From positions 4,170 to 68,169 of the forward strand of contig DASWKF010000103.1 in NCBI GenBank assembly GCA_036396795.1: a stretch of DNA of 64,000 nt, given 5' to 3'. How positions within the stretch are numbered: the first letter of the stretch is position 1; each line of letters opens with the position of its first letter. The notes below the pieces were generated by a model. It did no database searches, had not been told where the DNA came from, and worked only from the letters and a program-made list of their open reading frames with translations. Source of the DNA: Gammaproteobacteria bacterium (GTDB taxonomy: Bacteria; Pseudomonadota; Gammaproteobacteria; Steroidobacterales; Rariloculaceae). A program made the position numbers and the translations under genes. Below, piece by piece: positions 9,964-19,167 of the stretch.

Positions 9964-11577
9964 CTAGCCGTCCCAGCCGCGATTGCCGTGCGGCACCGTC
10001 CAGCGCTCGATCCGTCGCGGCTCGAGCACCGGCCGGCCGAGCACCGGCGAGGACAAGCAATATGTCCCCGAGTGCGTCGCGACCCACATCAGGTTGCGAT
10101 CCCACTCGATAAACACCGACTCGGTGTCGCCGCGGCGCCAGCTGTCGTAGTCCTCCATCTCCCCGGCGCGCGGCGGCAAGTACGACGCGACCTCACGCGG
10201 GTTGCGCGGGTCGGAAATATCGTGAATCCGGATACCGGCGTTGAACCAGGTGGTCGCAACGAGATTCGGGTTGGAGCGCCCCGGTTGGATGAACGAATGC
10301 GTGTTGTGCGTGCCGAAGCGGCCGCGCGACAGGCAGAAGTCCGCATACGGCGCCTCGGCCGGCGGCTTCGGCCGCGGGTAGAGCCCGACGATCCGCGGAT
10401 TCGCCGGGTCGCTCGCGTCGATGACCTGCACCGCCATGAACGGCTCCCGGCAGTCGGGCTCGATCGCCTCCGGCAGCCCGATGATCATGTTGTTGAAGCG
10501 CCCGTCGGCATCGACGATCGGCAGCACCGTGTGGTACGGGATGCCGCCGATGGCCTCGTAGTCCCACATCAGCTGGCTCACGGGTTTCGGATTGCGAATG
10601 TCGCTGAAATCGAAGGTGATCATGCCGAAATGGCCGAAGCCGCCGTAACCGTAGCGGCCGCCCTCCTCGACGCGCACGGGCGTGCTCGGCGCGCCGTGCG
10701 AAGACGTCCACGCGGCGCGATCGCCGGCGAACCAGTATTTCTTGTACTCGTCCTCTTCACCGTAGAGCTGCCCCGGCACGTGCCATCGCGCCACCTCGGT
10801 CGGATTAGCGGGGTCGGACATGTCGAGGATCATGAGGCCGTTGCCGTTCGGCCGCTGGGCGTTCTCCATGCGAAACTGATCCGACCAGCCGGCGTCGAGA
10901 AAGGCGTAGCGGCCGCCGTCGTAATAGTTGTGGTGCGTGCCGCTGCCGGTCGCCCCGGTGCTGAACTCCGCAAGCAGCTCCGGCGAGCTCGGGTCTGTAA
11001 TATCGTAGGTGCTGACGCCGCGCAGCCCGTCGTAGGCCTCGGCGACTCGGCGCACTTCCTCGTGCCAACGGCCGAAAGGTTGCCCGGGGCCGGCACCCGA
11101 CAGCGGCTGACCGTGGGTTCGCAGCAGGATCCAGCGGCGTGTCGCTTCGTGGAACGAGACCGTGCCGCGGATCGGCACGCCCGCATCTATCCATTCCGGG
11201 TTGCGCGGGTTGCTGACGTCGAGCCAGCCAGTGCCTGCGGGCAACAGGCGTTGCGCGCCCCGCGCCCACATCGCCATGAGCGGCTCGCCGCTCGCGATCT
11301 CGCGCCCCTCCGTATAGGAGATGATCTCCATGTTGCTGATGTACTCGTTGCGATCCAGATAGTTGAGCGCGCCCATCGGCAGGCGAAACGGGATACCCAA
11401 GCCTTCTTCCATGATTCCGGAGTACTGCGCCCGAGCGCTCATCGAGCCCGTCAGGCCCGCGACCGCGGCGCCGGCCGCGCCTGTGAGCATTTGCCGTCGG
11501 CTGATTCCGGCCGTCTGCGCGCCGGCAGTCCGGTCGGCTTCGGGAGGGAAGTTCTGATCTTTGGAGATCTCGGCCAT
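9964..11577 (-). CDS. Tat-exported LVIVD-repeat beta-propeller protein
   Basis: Tat signal SRRQMLTGAAGAAVAGL. The motif h-x-D-h-S-D-P-x-N-P recurs at least 6 times (YDITDPSSPELL, ILDMSDPANPTEV, FDFSDIRNPKPV, VIDASDPANPRIV, IHDISDPRNPREV, DVSNPRNPEWI). Confidence 0.7.
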   Translation of the reverse strand: MAEISKDQNFPPEADRTAGAQTAGISRRQMLTGAAGAAVAGLTGSMSARAQYSGIMEEGLGIPFRLPMGALNYLDRNEYISNMEIISYTEGREIASGEPLMAMWARGAQRLLPAGTGWLDVSNPRNPEWIDAGVPIRGTVSFHEATRRWILLRTHGQPLSGAGPGQPFGRWHEEVRRVAEAYDGLRGVSTYDITDPSSPELLAEFSTGATGSGTHHNYYDGGRYAFLDAGWSDQFRMENAQRPNGNGLMILDMSDPANPTEVARWHVPGQLYGEEDEYKKYWFAGDRAAWTSSHGAPSTPVRVEEGGRYGYGGFGHFGMITFDFSDIRNPKPVSQLMWDYEAIGGIPYHTVLPIVDADGRFNNMIIGLPEAIEPDCREPFMAVQVIDASDPANPRIVGLYPRPKPPAEAPYADFCLSRGRFGTHNTHSFIQPGRSNPNLVATTWFNAGIRIHDISDPRNPREVASYLPPRAGEMEDYDSWRRGDTESVFIEWDRNLMWVATHSGTYCLSSPVLGRPVLEPRRIERWTVPHGNRGWDG

Positions 11578-11728
11578 GTGTCACCCCTTTATGGAATTCC
11601 AGATTTCGTTTGTCTGAGTTCCCGCCACGCTGGCTGTCGCGGCGCAGCTGTTCTTGTTGCTCGAGCCGGCTCCCGACACTGCACGGAGTCGAAGCTCGGC
11701 CGGCTGGAGCAATATAGCATGTCCGCGC

Positions 11729-13012
11729 TCACGTCAGCTCGTTCGATGCGACCCGCATTCGCCACAACCACCAGCCCGCCACCGCGAGCAGCGCCACCAG
11801 CACAGACAGATACGGCTCCCAGCCGGCGCCGCGGTAGACATAGCCCGGCAGCCATCCGCCCAACGCGCCACCCGAGTAGTAGAAAGAAATATAGAGGCCG
11901 TTGACGACGCCTTTGCCGCTCACCGCGTGGTGATTCAAGAAAGCCGTCAGCAACGAGTGAATCAAAAAGAATCCGGCGCACATCAGCAGCACGAAGAAGA
12001 ACACTTGCGCCAGCGACGTGGTCATCATGCCGGTGACCCCCGCCGCGAGCAGCAACAGCCCGAGAAAAATGCCGCGAAGCTCGCCGCCGAGCCAGCGCGC
12101 TATTCGCACGCCGTTGAGCGCGATCAGAGCGCCGCTCAGATAACCGACATACACCAGTGAAATCGTCGATTCCAGCATCATCGGGTCGAGCGACTTCAAG
12201 CGAAACGGCAGGTAGTTCAGCACCGAGGCGAACACGAAAAAGACGAGAAAGATGCCGACGTAGGCGTTGCGATTGACCGGGCGGCGCAAGGCCTCGCGCA
12301 GCGCGCTCGAGCCCATTTGATCCAGCTTCGGGCGCGTGTCGCCGCGCAGCCCGCCCAGCGCCAGCCAGGCGAGCGCCAGCAGCAACGCCAGCAAGCCGAA
12401 AGCCGCGCGCCAGTGCAGATATTCGCTGACGAAGCCGCCGACGAATCGTCCGGAGAAACCCCCGATGATCGTCGCGCCTATGTAGAGGTTGACGGCGTTG
12501 CGCACGCGTCCGGGCCCGGCCGTATTCGCCGAGTAGGTAATCAGCGAGGTAAACACCGCCGGCAGCACCAGCCCCTGCACGAGGCGCAAGCCTAGCATGC
12601 TCCAGAACCCCGGCACGAGCGCGAGCAACAGCTCGTTGACGGCCAGCAGCGCGACCGCGACGCGCAGGACGCGCTTTGCCGATATCTGATCGGCTAGATA
12701 GCCGTAGAGTATCGGGGCGATGCCGAGCGGCGCCATCGCCACTGCCGTGAGCAAAGCGGCATCGGTCTCAGCGACACCGAATTCCTGAGCGAGCAAGGGA
12801 AGAATGGGCTGCGGCAGATAGAGCGTCGCGAACGCCAGAACCGTCGTAAACGGAATGATCAGCAAGACAGCGCCGCTAGCCGCATTTCGTGATAGCAAAG
12901 CGCGATTATGACACACGGCTGCAACGACCAAGCCGGTTGCGGCGGACGCTTGCTGGGAAAGCCGCGGAGAGGCGAGTAACATTGGTGACCATAGACGTTG
13001 CCGAGGACACAT
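11729..13012 (-). CDS. MFS transporter (start codon uncertain, probably downstream of 13012)
   Basis: About 12 hydrophobic segments and MFS-like loop motifs (GYLADQISAKRVL). The N-terminal ~40 codons of the track ORF overlap the divergent BI-1 gene region. Confidence 0.75.
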   Translation of the reverse strand: MCPRQRLWSPMLLASPRLSQQASAATGLVVAAVCHNRALLSRNAASGAVLLIIPFTTVLAFATLYLPQPILPLLAQEFGVAETDAALLTAVAMAPLGIAPILYGYLADQISAKRVLRVAVALLAVNELLLALVPGFWSMLGLRLVQGLVLPAVFTSLITYSANTAGPGRVRNAVNLYIGATIIGGFSGRFVGGFVSEYLHWRAAFGLLALLLALAWLALGGLRGDTRPKLDQMGSSALREALRRPVNRNAYVGIFLVFFVFASVLNYLPFRLKSLDPMMLESTISLVYVGYLSGALIALNGVRIARWLGGELRGIFLGLLLLAAGVTGMMTTSLAQVFFFVLLMCAGFFLIHSLLTAFLNHHAVSGKGVVNGLYISFYYSGGALGGWLPGYVYRGAGWEPYLSVLVALLAVAGWWLWRMRVASNELT

Positions 13013-13014
13013 CC

Positions 13015-13713
13015 ATGCAGCACGCCCAGACCATCAGCTCACACCTGCCCGTTGCCGCACTCGGCAGCGAGACACGCGCGGCATTCATTTCGAGAACCTA
13101 CGCCCACGTCGCGATGGCCATTCTCGGCTTCGCGGCGATCGAGTCCTATTTCTTCAGCAGCGGTGTCGCCGAGCAGCTCGCCCCTCGAATGCTCGGGGTC
13201 AATTGGCTGCTGATCCTCGGCGCCTTCATGGTCGTCGGCTGGCTCGCGAGCCACGTCGCTCATCGGGTCGAATCGAAGCCGCTGCAATATGCGGCGCTCG
13301 CCGGCTTCGTATTGGCCGAAGCGATCATCTTTCTGCCGCTGCTCTATATCGCGGTCCTAACGCAGCCGGCCATCATCGACAGCGCCGCCGGCGTGACCTT
13401 GCTCGGCACCGGCGGCTTGACCGCGGTGGCCTTCATCACCAAGCGGGATTTTTCGTTCCTGCGCGGCATCCTGGTGTGGGGCGGCATACTCGCGCTCGTC
13501 GCGATCGCCGGCAGCGTGCTGTTCGGCTTCCACATGGGAACCTGGTTCTCGGTCGCGATGATCGGCTTCGCGGGCGCGGCCATCCTTTACGACACTTCGA
13601 ACGTGATGCGCCATTACCCCGAGGACCGGCATGTCGCCGCGGCGCTGGAGCTGTTTGCCTCGATCGCCCTGATGTTCTGGTACGTGCTGCAGCTGTTCAT
13701 GTCGCGCGACTGA
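13015..13713 (+). CDS. Bax inhibitor-1/YccA family membrane protein
   Basis: In-frame ATG at 13015 inside track ORF 12889..13713. FISRTYAHVAMAILGFA..., seven TM segments and a C-terminal LFASIALMFWYVLQLFMSRD typical of the BI-1 family. Confidence 0.85.
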   Translation: MQHAQTISSHLPVAALGSETRAAFISRTYAHVAMAILGFAAIESYFFSSGVAEQLAPRMLGVNWLLILGAFMVVGWLASHVAHRVESKPLQYAALAGFVLAEAIIFLPLLYIAVLTQPAIIDSAAGVTLLGTGGLTAVAFITKRDFSFLRGILVWGGILALVAIAGSVLFGFHMGTWFSVAMIGFAGAAILYDTSNVMRHYPEDRHVAAALELFASIALMFWYVLQLFMSRD

Positions 13714-13842
13714 GCTAGCGGCCCGAAACAGCCGAATCGAAAGGATCTGATCGCGTCGGGCGCGTTGCGTTGCGGTTTTCCCGGATGGACGCGCCCGCCC
13801 GGACCCTCTATGAAGCACTTAGCCCCATGGGAGAGCTTCATT

Positions 13843-14619
13843 ATGAAAACCGATAACGCCCGCCATGTCGCGGCTCTGTTCCTGCTCTTGGCCGGTTGCG
13901 CCCCCGGCGGCAACGGCCCGCCCACCGATGCCGAGGACGCCCAGGCGAACCTGGCCGCGCGCGTCCTCAATGTATCGCCGTACAGCATCCGCGCCGACGC
14001 CGAGCTCAGCGAGTTCGTCAACACCACGGCTCGCGCGGCCTACGACACCCATTGCGCCGGCTGCCACGGCGCCGATCTAACGGGCGGGCCGGGTGTGCCG
14101 AACCTCGTCGACTACGACTGGCTCTGGGGCATCACGGGCTTCGAGGCGAACGATGCCGAGCCCGTCATGGCGATTCAGCAGACGCTGCTCTACGGCGTCC
14201 GCAACCGCGATTGCCCCGATATCGAGGACGTGTCGTTCTACGGCGGCTGCGCCGACACGCGCTATTCGGAGATGCCGGGTTACGGCGCGCTCGGTTTCAG
14301 CAACGAGCAAATCTCCGACCTCGTCGACTATGTCATGAGCTTGGGCGGCCATGAGGCCGACGCCGAAGCGGTCGCTCGCGCACAAGAGGATTGGCTCGTA
14401 TGCACGGAGTGTCACGGCGAGAGCGGTGGGGGCTACAAGCCTTACGGCGGGCCGGATCTCACCGACGATATCTGGCTCTACGGCGGCGATCGCGATACGA
14501 TTTTCGAGGTCGTCGCGACGGGCCGGCAAGGAGAGTGCCCGCCATGGGGCAAAGTGCTCGACGCGGCGACGATCAAGTCGCTGGCGGTGTACATCTGGAA
14601 TCAGGCCTCAGGCTATTGA
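13843..14619 (+). CDS. Dihaem c-type cytochrome lipoprotein (CcoP C-terminal-domain-like)
   Basis: Lipobox LLLAGC after MKTDNARHVAA (GGGAGAG RBS before the ATG at 13843). Two CxxCH sites (CAGCHG, CTECHG) with downstream Met ligand regions resembling the cbb3 oxidase subunit III dihaem domain. Confidence 0.8.
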   Translation: MKTDNARHVAALFLLLAGCAPGGNGPPTDAEDAQANLAARVLNVSPYSIRADAELSEFVNTTARAAYDTHCAGCHGADLTGGPGVPNLVDYDWLWGITGFEANDAEPVMAIQQTLLYGVRNRDCPDIEDVSFYGGCADTRYSEMPGYGALGFSNEQISDLVDYVMSLGGHEADAEAVARAQEDWLVCTECHGESGGGYKPYGGPDLTDDIWLYGGDRDTIFEVVATGRQGECPPWGKVLDAATIKSLAVYIWNQASGY

Positions 14620-14710
14620 TTTAAGGAGCCTCGTGGCGACTGGCCATCGCCCTGCGGCTCTCCGATATAATGTCGCGATTCTAGCCCGTTCGCTTGCAAG
14701 GAGATTGATC

Positions 14711-15703
14711 GTGACATTCGCCCGCTTACGGGGTCTGGCCGCCGCCGGCGCCCTGCTCGTTGGGCTCGCGTCCGGCTGTTCCGGCGGTGAGCAGGAAGCG
14801 CAGGACGCGCAGACGGACTCGGCAGCGTATCCCCATCACGTCGTAACCCTCGTAACGCACTCGAGCCCGGGCGGAGGCAGCGACGTCTTCCTGCGCGAGC
14901 TCGCGCGCTATCTCGGCCCCGAGATGGGCGTCGAGTTCGTCGTCGAGAACGTTCGCGGCGGCAGCGGCGCGCGCGCGATGGCCCAGCTCGCGAACGCCGA
15001 GCCCGACGGCAGCATCTTCTATGCGACGACACCGACGTATATCTACACGTCCTTACTGAGCCGCCCGGCGAACACCTATCGTGATCTCGAACCGGTCGTC
15101 AACGTGTTCTTCGACGAAGAGGTCGTCTATACGCGCGCCAATGGTCCGTTCATGTCGCTCGCCGACGTCATCGAGAAAGCGCGAACGAGCCGCGGGCGGT
15201 GGGGTGCCGCCAATCCCGCCTCTCTGGAACGCCAGGCCCTGGAGCAGCTCAAGGCCGCCGCTGGCGTCACGCCCGCCATCGTGACCCATGAAGGCGGCGG
15301 CGACCTCATGCTCAACGTGCTCAATGGCACGCTGGACATCGGCGTCGGCGAGGCTCAGGAGATCCGCAGCCAGCTCGAGGCCGGTCAGCTGCGCATCCTC
15401 GCGTTGTTCGGGGCCGAGCGCACCGAGCGCCTGCCCGACGTGCCGACGGTGTCCGAGCTCGGCTACGATGTCGTCTTGACCAAATTCCGCGGCATCGCGG
15501 GTCCCCGGGGCACGCCCCCCGCCATCGTCGAGGCGTGGGAGCAAGGCGTGCAGCGCGTGCTCGAGAACCCCCAGTACAAGGCGGCCTACGAGGCGAAGGT
15601 CCTCGCGCCGCAATTCATTTCGCATGCGCGCTACGGTCAGTTCATCGAGAACTTCGCGGCGCGCACCGAGGAGTTCCTGCGCAACACGGGCGTATTGCAG
15701 TAA
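14711..15703 (+). CDS. tctC: Tripartite tricarboxylate transporter substrate-binding protein (Bug/TctC family)
   Basis: GTG at 14711 gives the lipoprotein-type signal VTFARLRGLAAAGALLVGLASGC. The Bug-family body follows (VVTLVTHSSPGGGSDVFLRELA...). The upstream part of track ORF 14351.. overlaps the cytochrome gene. Confidence 0.8.
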   Translation: MTFARLRGLAAAGALLVGLASGCSGGEQEAQDAQTDSAAYPHHVVTLVTHSSPGGGSDVFLRELARYLGPEMGVEFVVENVRGGSGARAMAQLANAEPDGSIFYATTPTYIYTSLLSRPANTYRDLEPVVNVFFDEEVVYTRANGPFMSLADVIEKARTSRGRWGAANPASLERQALEQLKAAAGVTPAIVTHEGGGDLMLNVLNGTLDIGVGEAQEIRSQLEAGQLRILALFGAERTERLPDVPTVSELGYDVVLTKFRGIAGPRGTPPAIVEAWEQGVQRVLENPQYKAAYEAKVLAPQFISHARYGQFIENFAARTEEFLRNTGVLQ

Positions 15704-15712
15704 GCGCTCTGC

Positions 15713-16186
15713 ATGGCCCGTGATTTGACCTGCTCCCTAGTCTTGGCCGCGATCGCGGTCGTCTACTATTTGCTCGCGAGCAGCATTGGCGCCAGCGCGC
15801 TCGCCGATGAGGTCGGCCCGGCCGGGCTGCCGCTCGCTTACGCCGTCCTGCTCGGCGCCGTCGCCCTGCTGCTGGCGGCAAAAACCGCCCTCGAATACTG
15901 GCTCGCCCGCGCCGCGGTCGCGCCGCAGCAGCGCTCGGGGCCGGGCATGGGCTTCGTGCTACGCCGCGCCGCCGGCGCGCTTGCGATAGGCGCGGGCTAC
16001 GTGGCCATCGTGGACGTCATCGGCTACTGGCTCGCGCTCGGGCTACTGATCCCGGCGATGGCGCTCTACCAGGGCCGGAAGCTCGGCCGCGGATTGATCG
16101 TGATCTCGATCACCGCCGCGAGCGCGTTCTGGCTGTTGTTCGTCTGGCTGCTCGATATTCCGATGCCCGGCCCATGGATACCTTGA
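15713..16186 (+). CDS. tctB: TctB-family small membrane subunit
   Basis: 157 aa with four hydrophobic helices, positioned between tctC and tctA and overlapping the tctA start. Confidence 0.7.
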   Translation: MARDLTCSLVLAAIAVVYYLLASSIGASALADEVGPAGLPLAYAVLLGAVALLLAAKTALEYWLARAAVAPQQRSGPGMGFVLRRAAGALAIGAGYVAIVDVIGYWLALGLLIPAMALYQGRKLGRGLIVISITAASAFWLLFVWLLDIPMPGPWIP

Positions 16187-17670
16187 CGCAAATCTTCGAG
16201 CTCCTGCTGACTACGCCGCTGGTGCCGGCCGCCGCGGCAGGAGTCGCCTGGGGCATTCTCGGCGGCGCGCTGCCCGGCATCTCGCCGTCGATCACGATGG
16301 CGCTGGTGCTGCCGTTCACCTACGGCATGGATCCCGGCTCGGCGATCGTAATGCTGTCGGCAACCTACGTCGGTGCCGAGTACGGCGGCTCTATTCCGGC
16401 GATTCTGATCAACACGCCCGGGACCAACGCCGCCGCTGCAACGGTGCTCGACGGCTACGCGATGCAGCAGCTGGGGCGCGGCGGCGAAGCGCTCGGTATC
16501 TCCCTCTATTCCGGTGTCATCGGCAGCTTCTTCGGCCTGCTCATGCTCGTGCTGCTCACCGAGCCGCTCGCGCGCGTCGCGCTCGCGTTCACGCCGATGG
16601 CTTACTTCGCGCTCGGTATTCTGGGCTTGAGCGTGATCGCGTCGCTGTCCGGAGAATCGCTGCTCAAGGGGCTCGCCGCGGGCCTCATCGGCCTCATGGT
16701 CGCAACGGTCGGCTCGGATCCGATCTCCGGCGTGCCGCGCTTCACTTTCGGTGAGGCGGACCTGCTCGACGGCATCCCGCCGATCCTGATCATGGTCGGG
16801 CTGTTTGCGGTAAGCGAGCTGCTGCAGCAATCGAGCACGGGCGAGTGGCAGAAAGCGGACCGGACGCGGACGCGGCTCAAGTTCCCGAGCGGGCGCTTGC
16901 GCCGGAGGCTGCTCAAGCCGCAGCTCTTCGGCTCCGTCATCGGCACCTTCGAAGGCGTCATGCCGGGCGCGGGCGGGACGATCGCCTCGTTCATGTCCTA
17001 CAACGAGGCACGCCGCTGGTCGCGGCATCCGGAGGAGTTCGGCAAGGGCTCGCCCGAGGGTATCGCGGCGCCCGAGGCCGCCAACAATACCGTCGCGGCC
17101 ACGGCGCTCGTGCCGGTTCTGAGCTTCGGAATCCCGGGCTCGAACTCGGCTGCGATCCTGCTCGGCGGACTGCTCGTGCACGGGCTAATCCCGGGTCCGC
17201 GCCTCTTCGAAGAGAATGGTGACGTGATTCTGAGCCTGTACACCGGCCTGTTCTTCGCGACGATCTCGATGGCGATCCTGGGTATGCTGATATTGCCGGC
17301 GTGCCTGTGGCTGGTGAACCGTCCGAAAGCCTATCTGATGGCCTTCATCTACGCGCTGATCTTCTCGGGCGTGTACTCGATCGACTACAGCCTGTTCGAT
17401 CTCGCTCTGGTGCTCGCCGCCGGCGCGATGGGTCTTCTGATGCGGCTCGTCGGCCTGCCGTTCCTGCCGACGGTGCTCGGCGTCGTGCTCGGCTATCTGG
17501 TCGAGTCCAACTATCGCCGCTCGCTCGTGCTCTCGGGCGGCGATCACATGATATTCGTCGAGGACCGCATCGCGCTCGGGCTGCTCGCGGTGGCGGCGCT
17601 GTTTATCTTCGGCTCGCTGGCAACGCGCGCGTGGCTGTTGGTCCGGCGTCGAGGATCCGCTGCGAAGTGA
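16174..17670 (+). CDS. tctA: TctA-family large permease subunit
   Basis: About 500 aa polytopic protein with TctA motifs (GALPGISPSITMALVLPFTYGM, GVMPGAGGTIASFMSYNEA, GIPGSNSAAILLGGL). Confidence 0.9.
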   Translation: MDTLTQIFELLLTTPLVPAAAAGVAWGILGGALPGISPSITMALVLPFTYGMDPGSAIVMLSATYVGAEYGGSIPAILINTPGTNAAAATVLDGYAMQQLGRGGEALGISLYSGVIGSFFGLLMLVLLTEPLARVALAFTPMAYFALGILGLSVIASLSGESLLKGLAAGLIGLMVATVGSDPISGVPRFTFGEADLLDGIPPILIMVGLFAVSELLQQSSTGEWQKADRTRTRLKFPSGRLRRRLLKPQLFGSVIGTFEGVMPGAGGTIASFMSYNEARRWSRHPEEFGKGSPEGIAAPEAANNTVAATALVPVLSFGIPGSNSAAILLGGLLVHGLIPGPRLFEENGDVILSLYTGLFFATISMAILGMLILPACLWLVNRPKAYLMAFIYALIFSGVYSIDYSLFDLALVLAAGAMGLLMRLVGLPFLPTVLGVVLGYLVESNYRRSLVLSGGDHMIFVEDRIALGLLAVAALFIFGSLATRAWLLVRRRGSAAK

Positions 17671-19046
17671 GCGGCGCGCGAACTGTTGCCGGCACGCTGG
17701 CTGAGTGGATCACCGCACTCGACCCGGCTGATATTCCGGACGCGGTGGCTCGCGCCTGCGCCGACACGGTGATCGACACCGTCGGGCTCGGCATCGCCGC
17801 GCGCCGCACTGACTACGTCGCGGCGCTACGCGCGGCCTGGACCACGCCGGGCGCGTGCACGGCCTGGGGATTCGCCGAGCCTGTGGACGCCGTAAGCGCG
17901 GCGATGATCAACGGCACGGCGGCGCACGGCGAGGACTTCGACAACACCTTCGAAGGATGTCCCGTGCATGCGGGCGCCGTGGCGGTGCCGGCCGTGCTCG
18001 CCGTCGCCGAGCAGTTCGCCTTGAGTGGCCGGCAAGCGCTCAAAGGTTTGGCCGTCGCCAGCGAGCTCATGTGCAGGCTCGGCCTGGTCGCGCAAAAAGG
18101 CGTGCATGCGGCCGGCTTCCACCCGACCGCGGTGCTCGGCGCAATGGCTGCCACCGGAGGTGTCGCGGCCGCGGCGGCGCTGCCTACGGTGGCGACGGCG
18201 CGCGCCTTCGGGATTGCAGGCAGCATGGCCTCGGGAATCATCGAGTATCTGGCCGACGGCTCATGGACGAAGCGCATGCACGCCGGCTGGGCCGCGCATT
18301 CGGGCATACACGCCGCGCTCATGGCGAAGCACGGCTTCACCGGGCCTGGGACCGTGTTCGAAGGCACGCACGGTCTGCTGCACGGCTTCGCGCCGTCGGT
18401 CGATGCGGATTTCTCCCTGCTGACCCACGATCTGGGCAAGGTCTGGCATACCGAGCGCACCGCGTTCAAGCCGTACGCCTGCGGCACGATGACGCAACCG
18501 TTCATCGATTGCGCGCGGCGGCTCGCGCAGCGCGTCGCTGCGGACGAGATCGAAGCGTTGGTTTGCCGCGTGGGAGAAGGCACCGTGCACCGGCTCTGGG
18601 AACCGCTGGCGCTCAAGCAGAAGCCGCCGAACGCCTATGCGGCCAAGTTCAGCACGCCGTATTGCGTTGCCGTCGGTTTCCTGCGCGACGACGCCGGACT
18701 CGCGGAGTTCACGGAGGAGTCCGTTCGCGATCCCGCGATTCTCGAGCTCGCGAGCCGCGTGCGCTACGAGATCGACCCAAACGACGAATACCCGCGAAAC
18801 TACACCGGCCGGATTCTCGCGACGCTCAAGGACGGACGCACGCTCGAGGAGCTTCAGCCGCACCTGCGCGGCGGCAGCCGCGACCCGCTCACGCGCGAGG
18901 AGCTCCTGAAGAAATGCGCCGCGAATATCGCCTACGGCAGGCTCGATCCCGCGCTTGCCACGGCGATTGCCGATTTCGGCGACGGCTTGCGAAGCTCCAA
19001 CGCCGCGGTGTCTCTGTTACAGCTGGTTGGGCGGGCCGACCAATAG
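17667..19046 (+). CDS. MmgE/PrpD family protein (2-methylcitrate-dehydratase-like)
   Basis: A GTG at 17667 overlaps the tctA stop (GTGA). LAEWITAL...IPDAVARACADTVIDTVGLGIAA, MINGTAAHGEDFDNT and HPTAVLGAMAA are PrpD-family hallmarks. Confidence 0.85.
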   Translation: MSGARTVAGTLAEWITALDPADIPDAVARACADTVIDTVGLGIAARRTDYVAALRAAWTTPGACTAWGFAEPVDAVSAAMINGTAAHGEDFDNTFEGCPVHAGAVAVPAVLAVAEQFALSGRQALKGLAVASELMCRLGLVAQKGVHAAGFHPTAVLGAMAATGGVAAAAALPTVATARAFGIAGSMASGIIEYLADGSWTKRMHAGWAAHSGIHAALMAKHGFTGPGTVFEGTHGLLHGFAPSVDADFSLLTHDLGKVWHTERTAFKPYACGTMTQPFIDCARRLAQRVAADEIEALVCRVGEGTVHRLWEPLALKQKPPNAYAAKFSTPYCVAVGFLRDDAGLAEFTEESVRDPAILELASRVRYEIDPNDEYPRNYTGRILATLKDGRTLEELQPHLRGGSRDPLTREELLKKCAANIAYGRLDPALATAIADFGDGLRSSNAAVSLLQLVGRADQ

Positions 19047-19093
19047 CCCGTCAGCGCCTTGCCGGCTGAAACATGCCAGCCACGTGCAGGCCC

Positions 19094-19123
19094 GGGCGGA
19101 GCACGCTGGGTGCGGCCCCGCCC
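19094..19123. terminator. GC-rich hairpin between convergent genes (candidate bidirectional terminator)
   Basis: GGGCGG A GCAC GCTGG GTGC GGCC CCGCCC lies between the PrpD-like stop (19046) and the PAL-like stop (19168). No clear U-tract. Confidence 0.3.
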
Positions 19124-19167
19124 GTACAGTGCCGCACTCGCTCACGCGCCGAGCGAGCTGCCGTTCT

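Noticed and set aside
9988-11904. Very long alternative-frame or antisense ORFs, for example 9988..11904 (+), 16066..17181 (-), 17855..19069 (+), 27213..29069 (-), 43722..45116 (-), 45932..47158 (-), 18955..20406 (+), 59151..60302 (+)
   Set aside because: All overlap genes with strong family signatures on the other strand or frame. They have the Arg/Gly/Pro/Ala-rich, stop-poor composition expected of non-coding frames in ~70% GC DNA.
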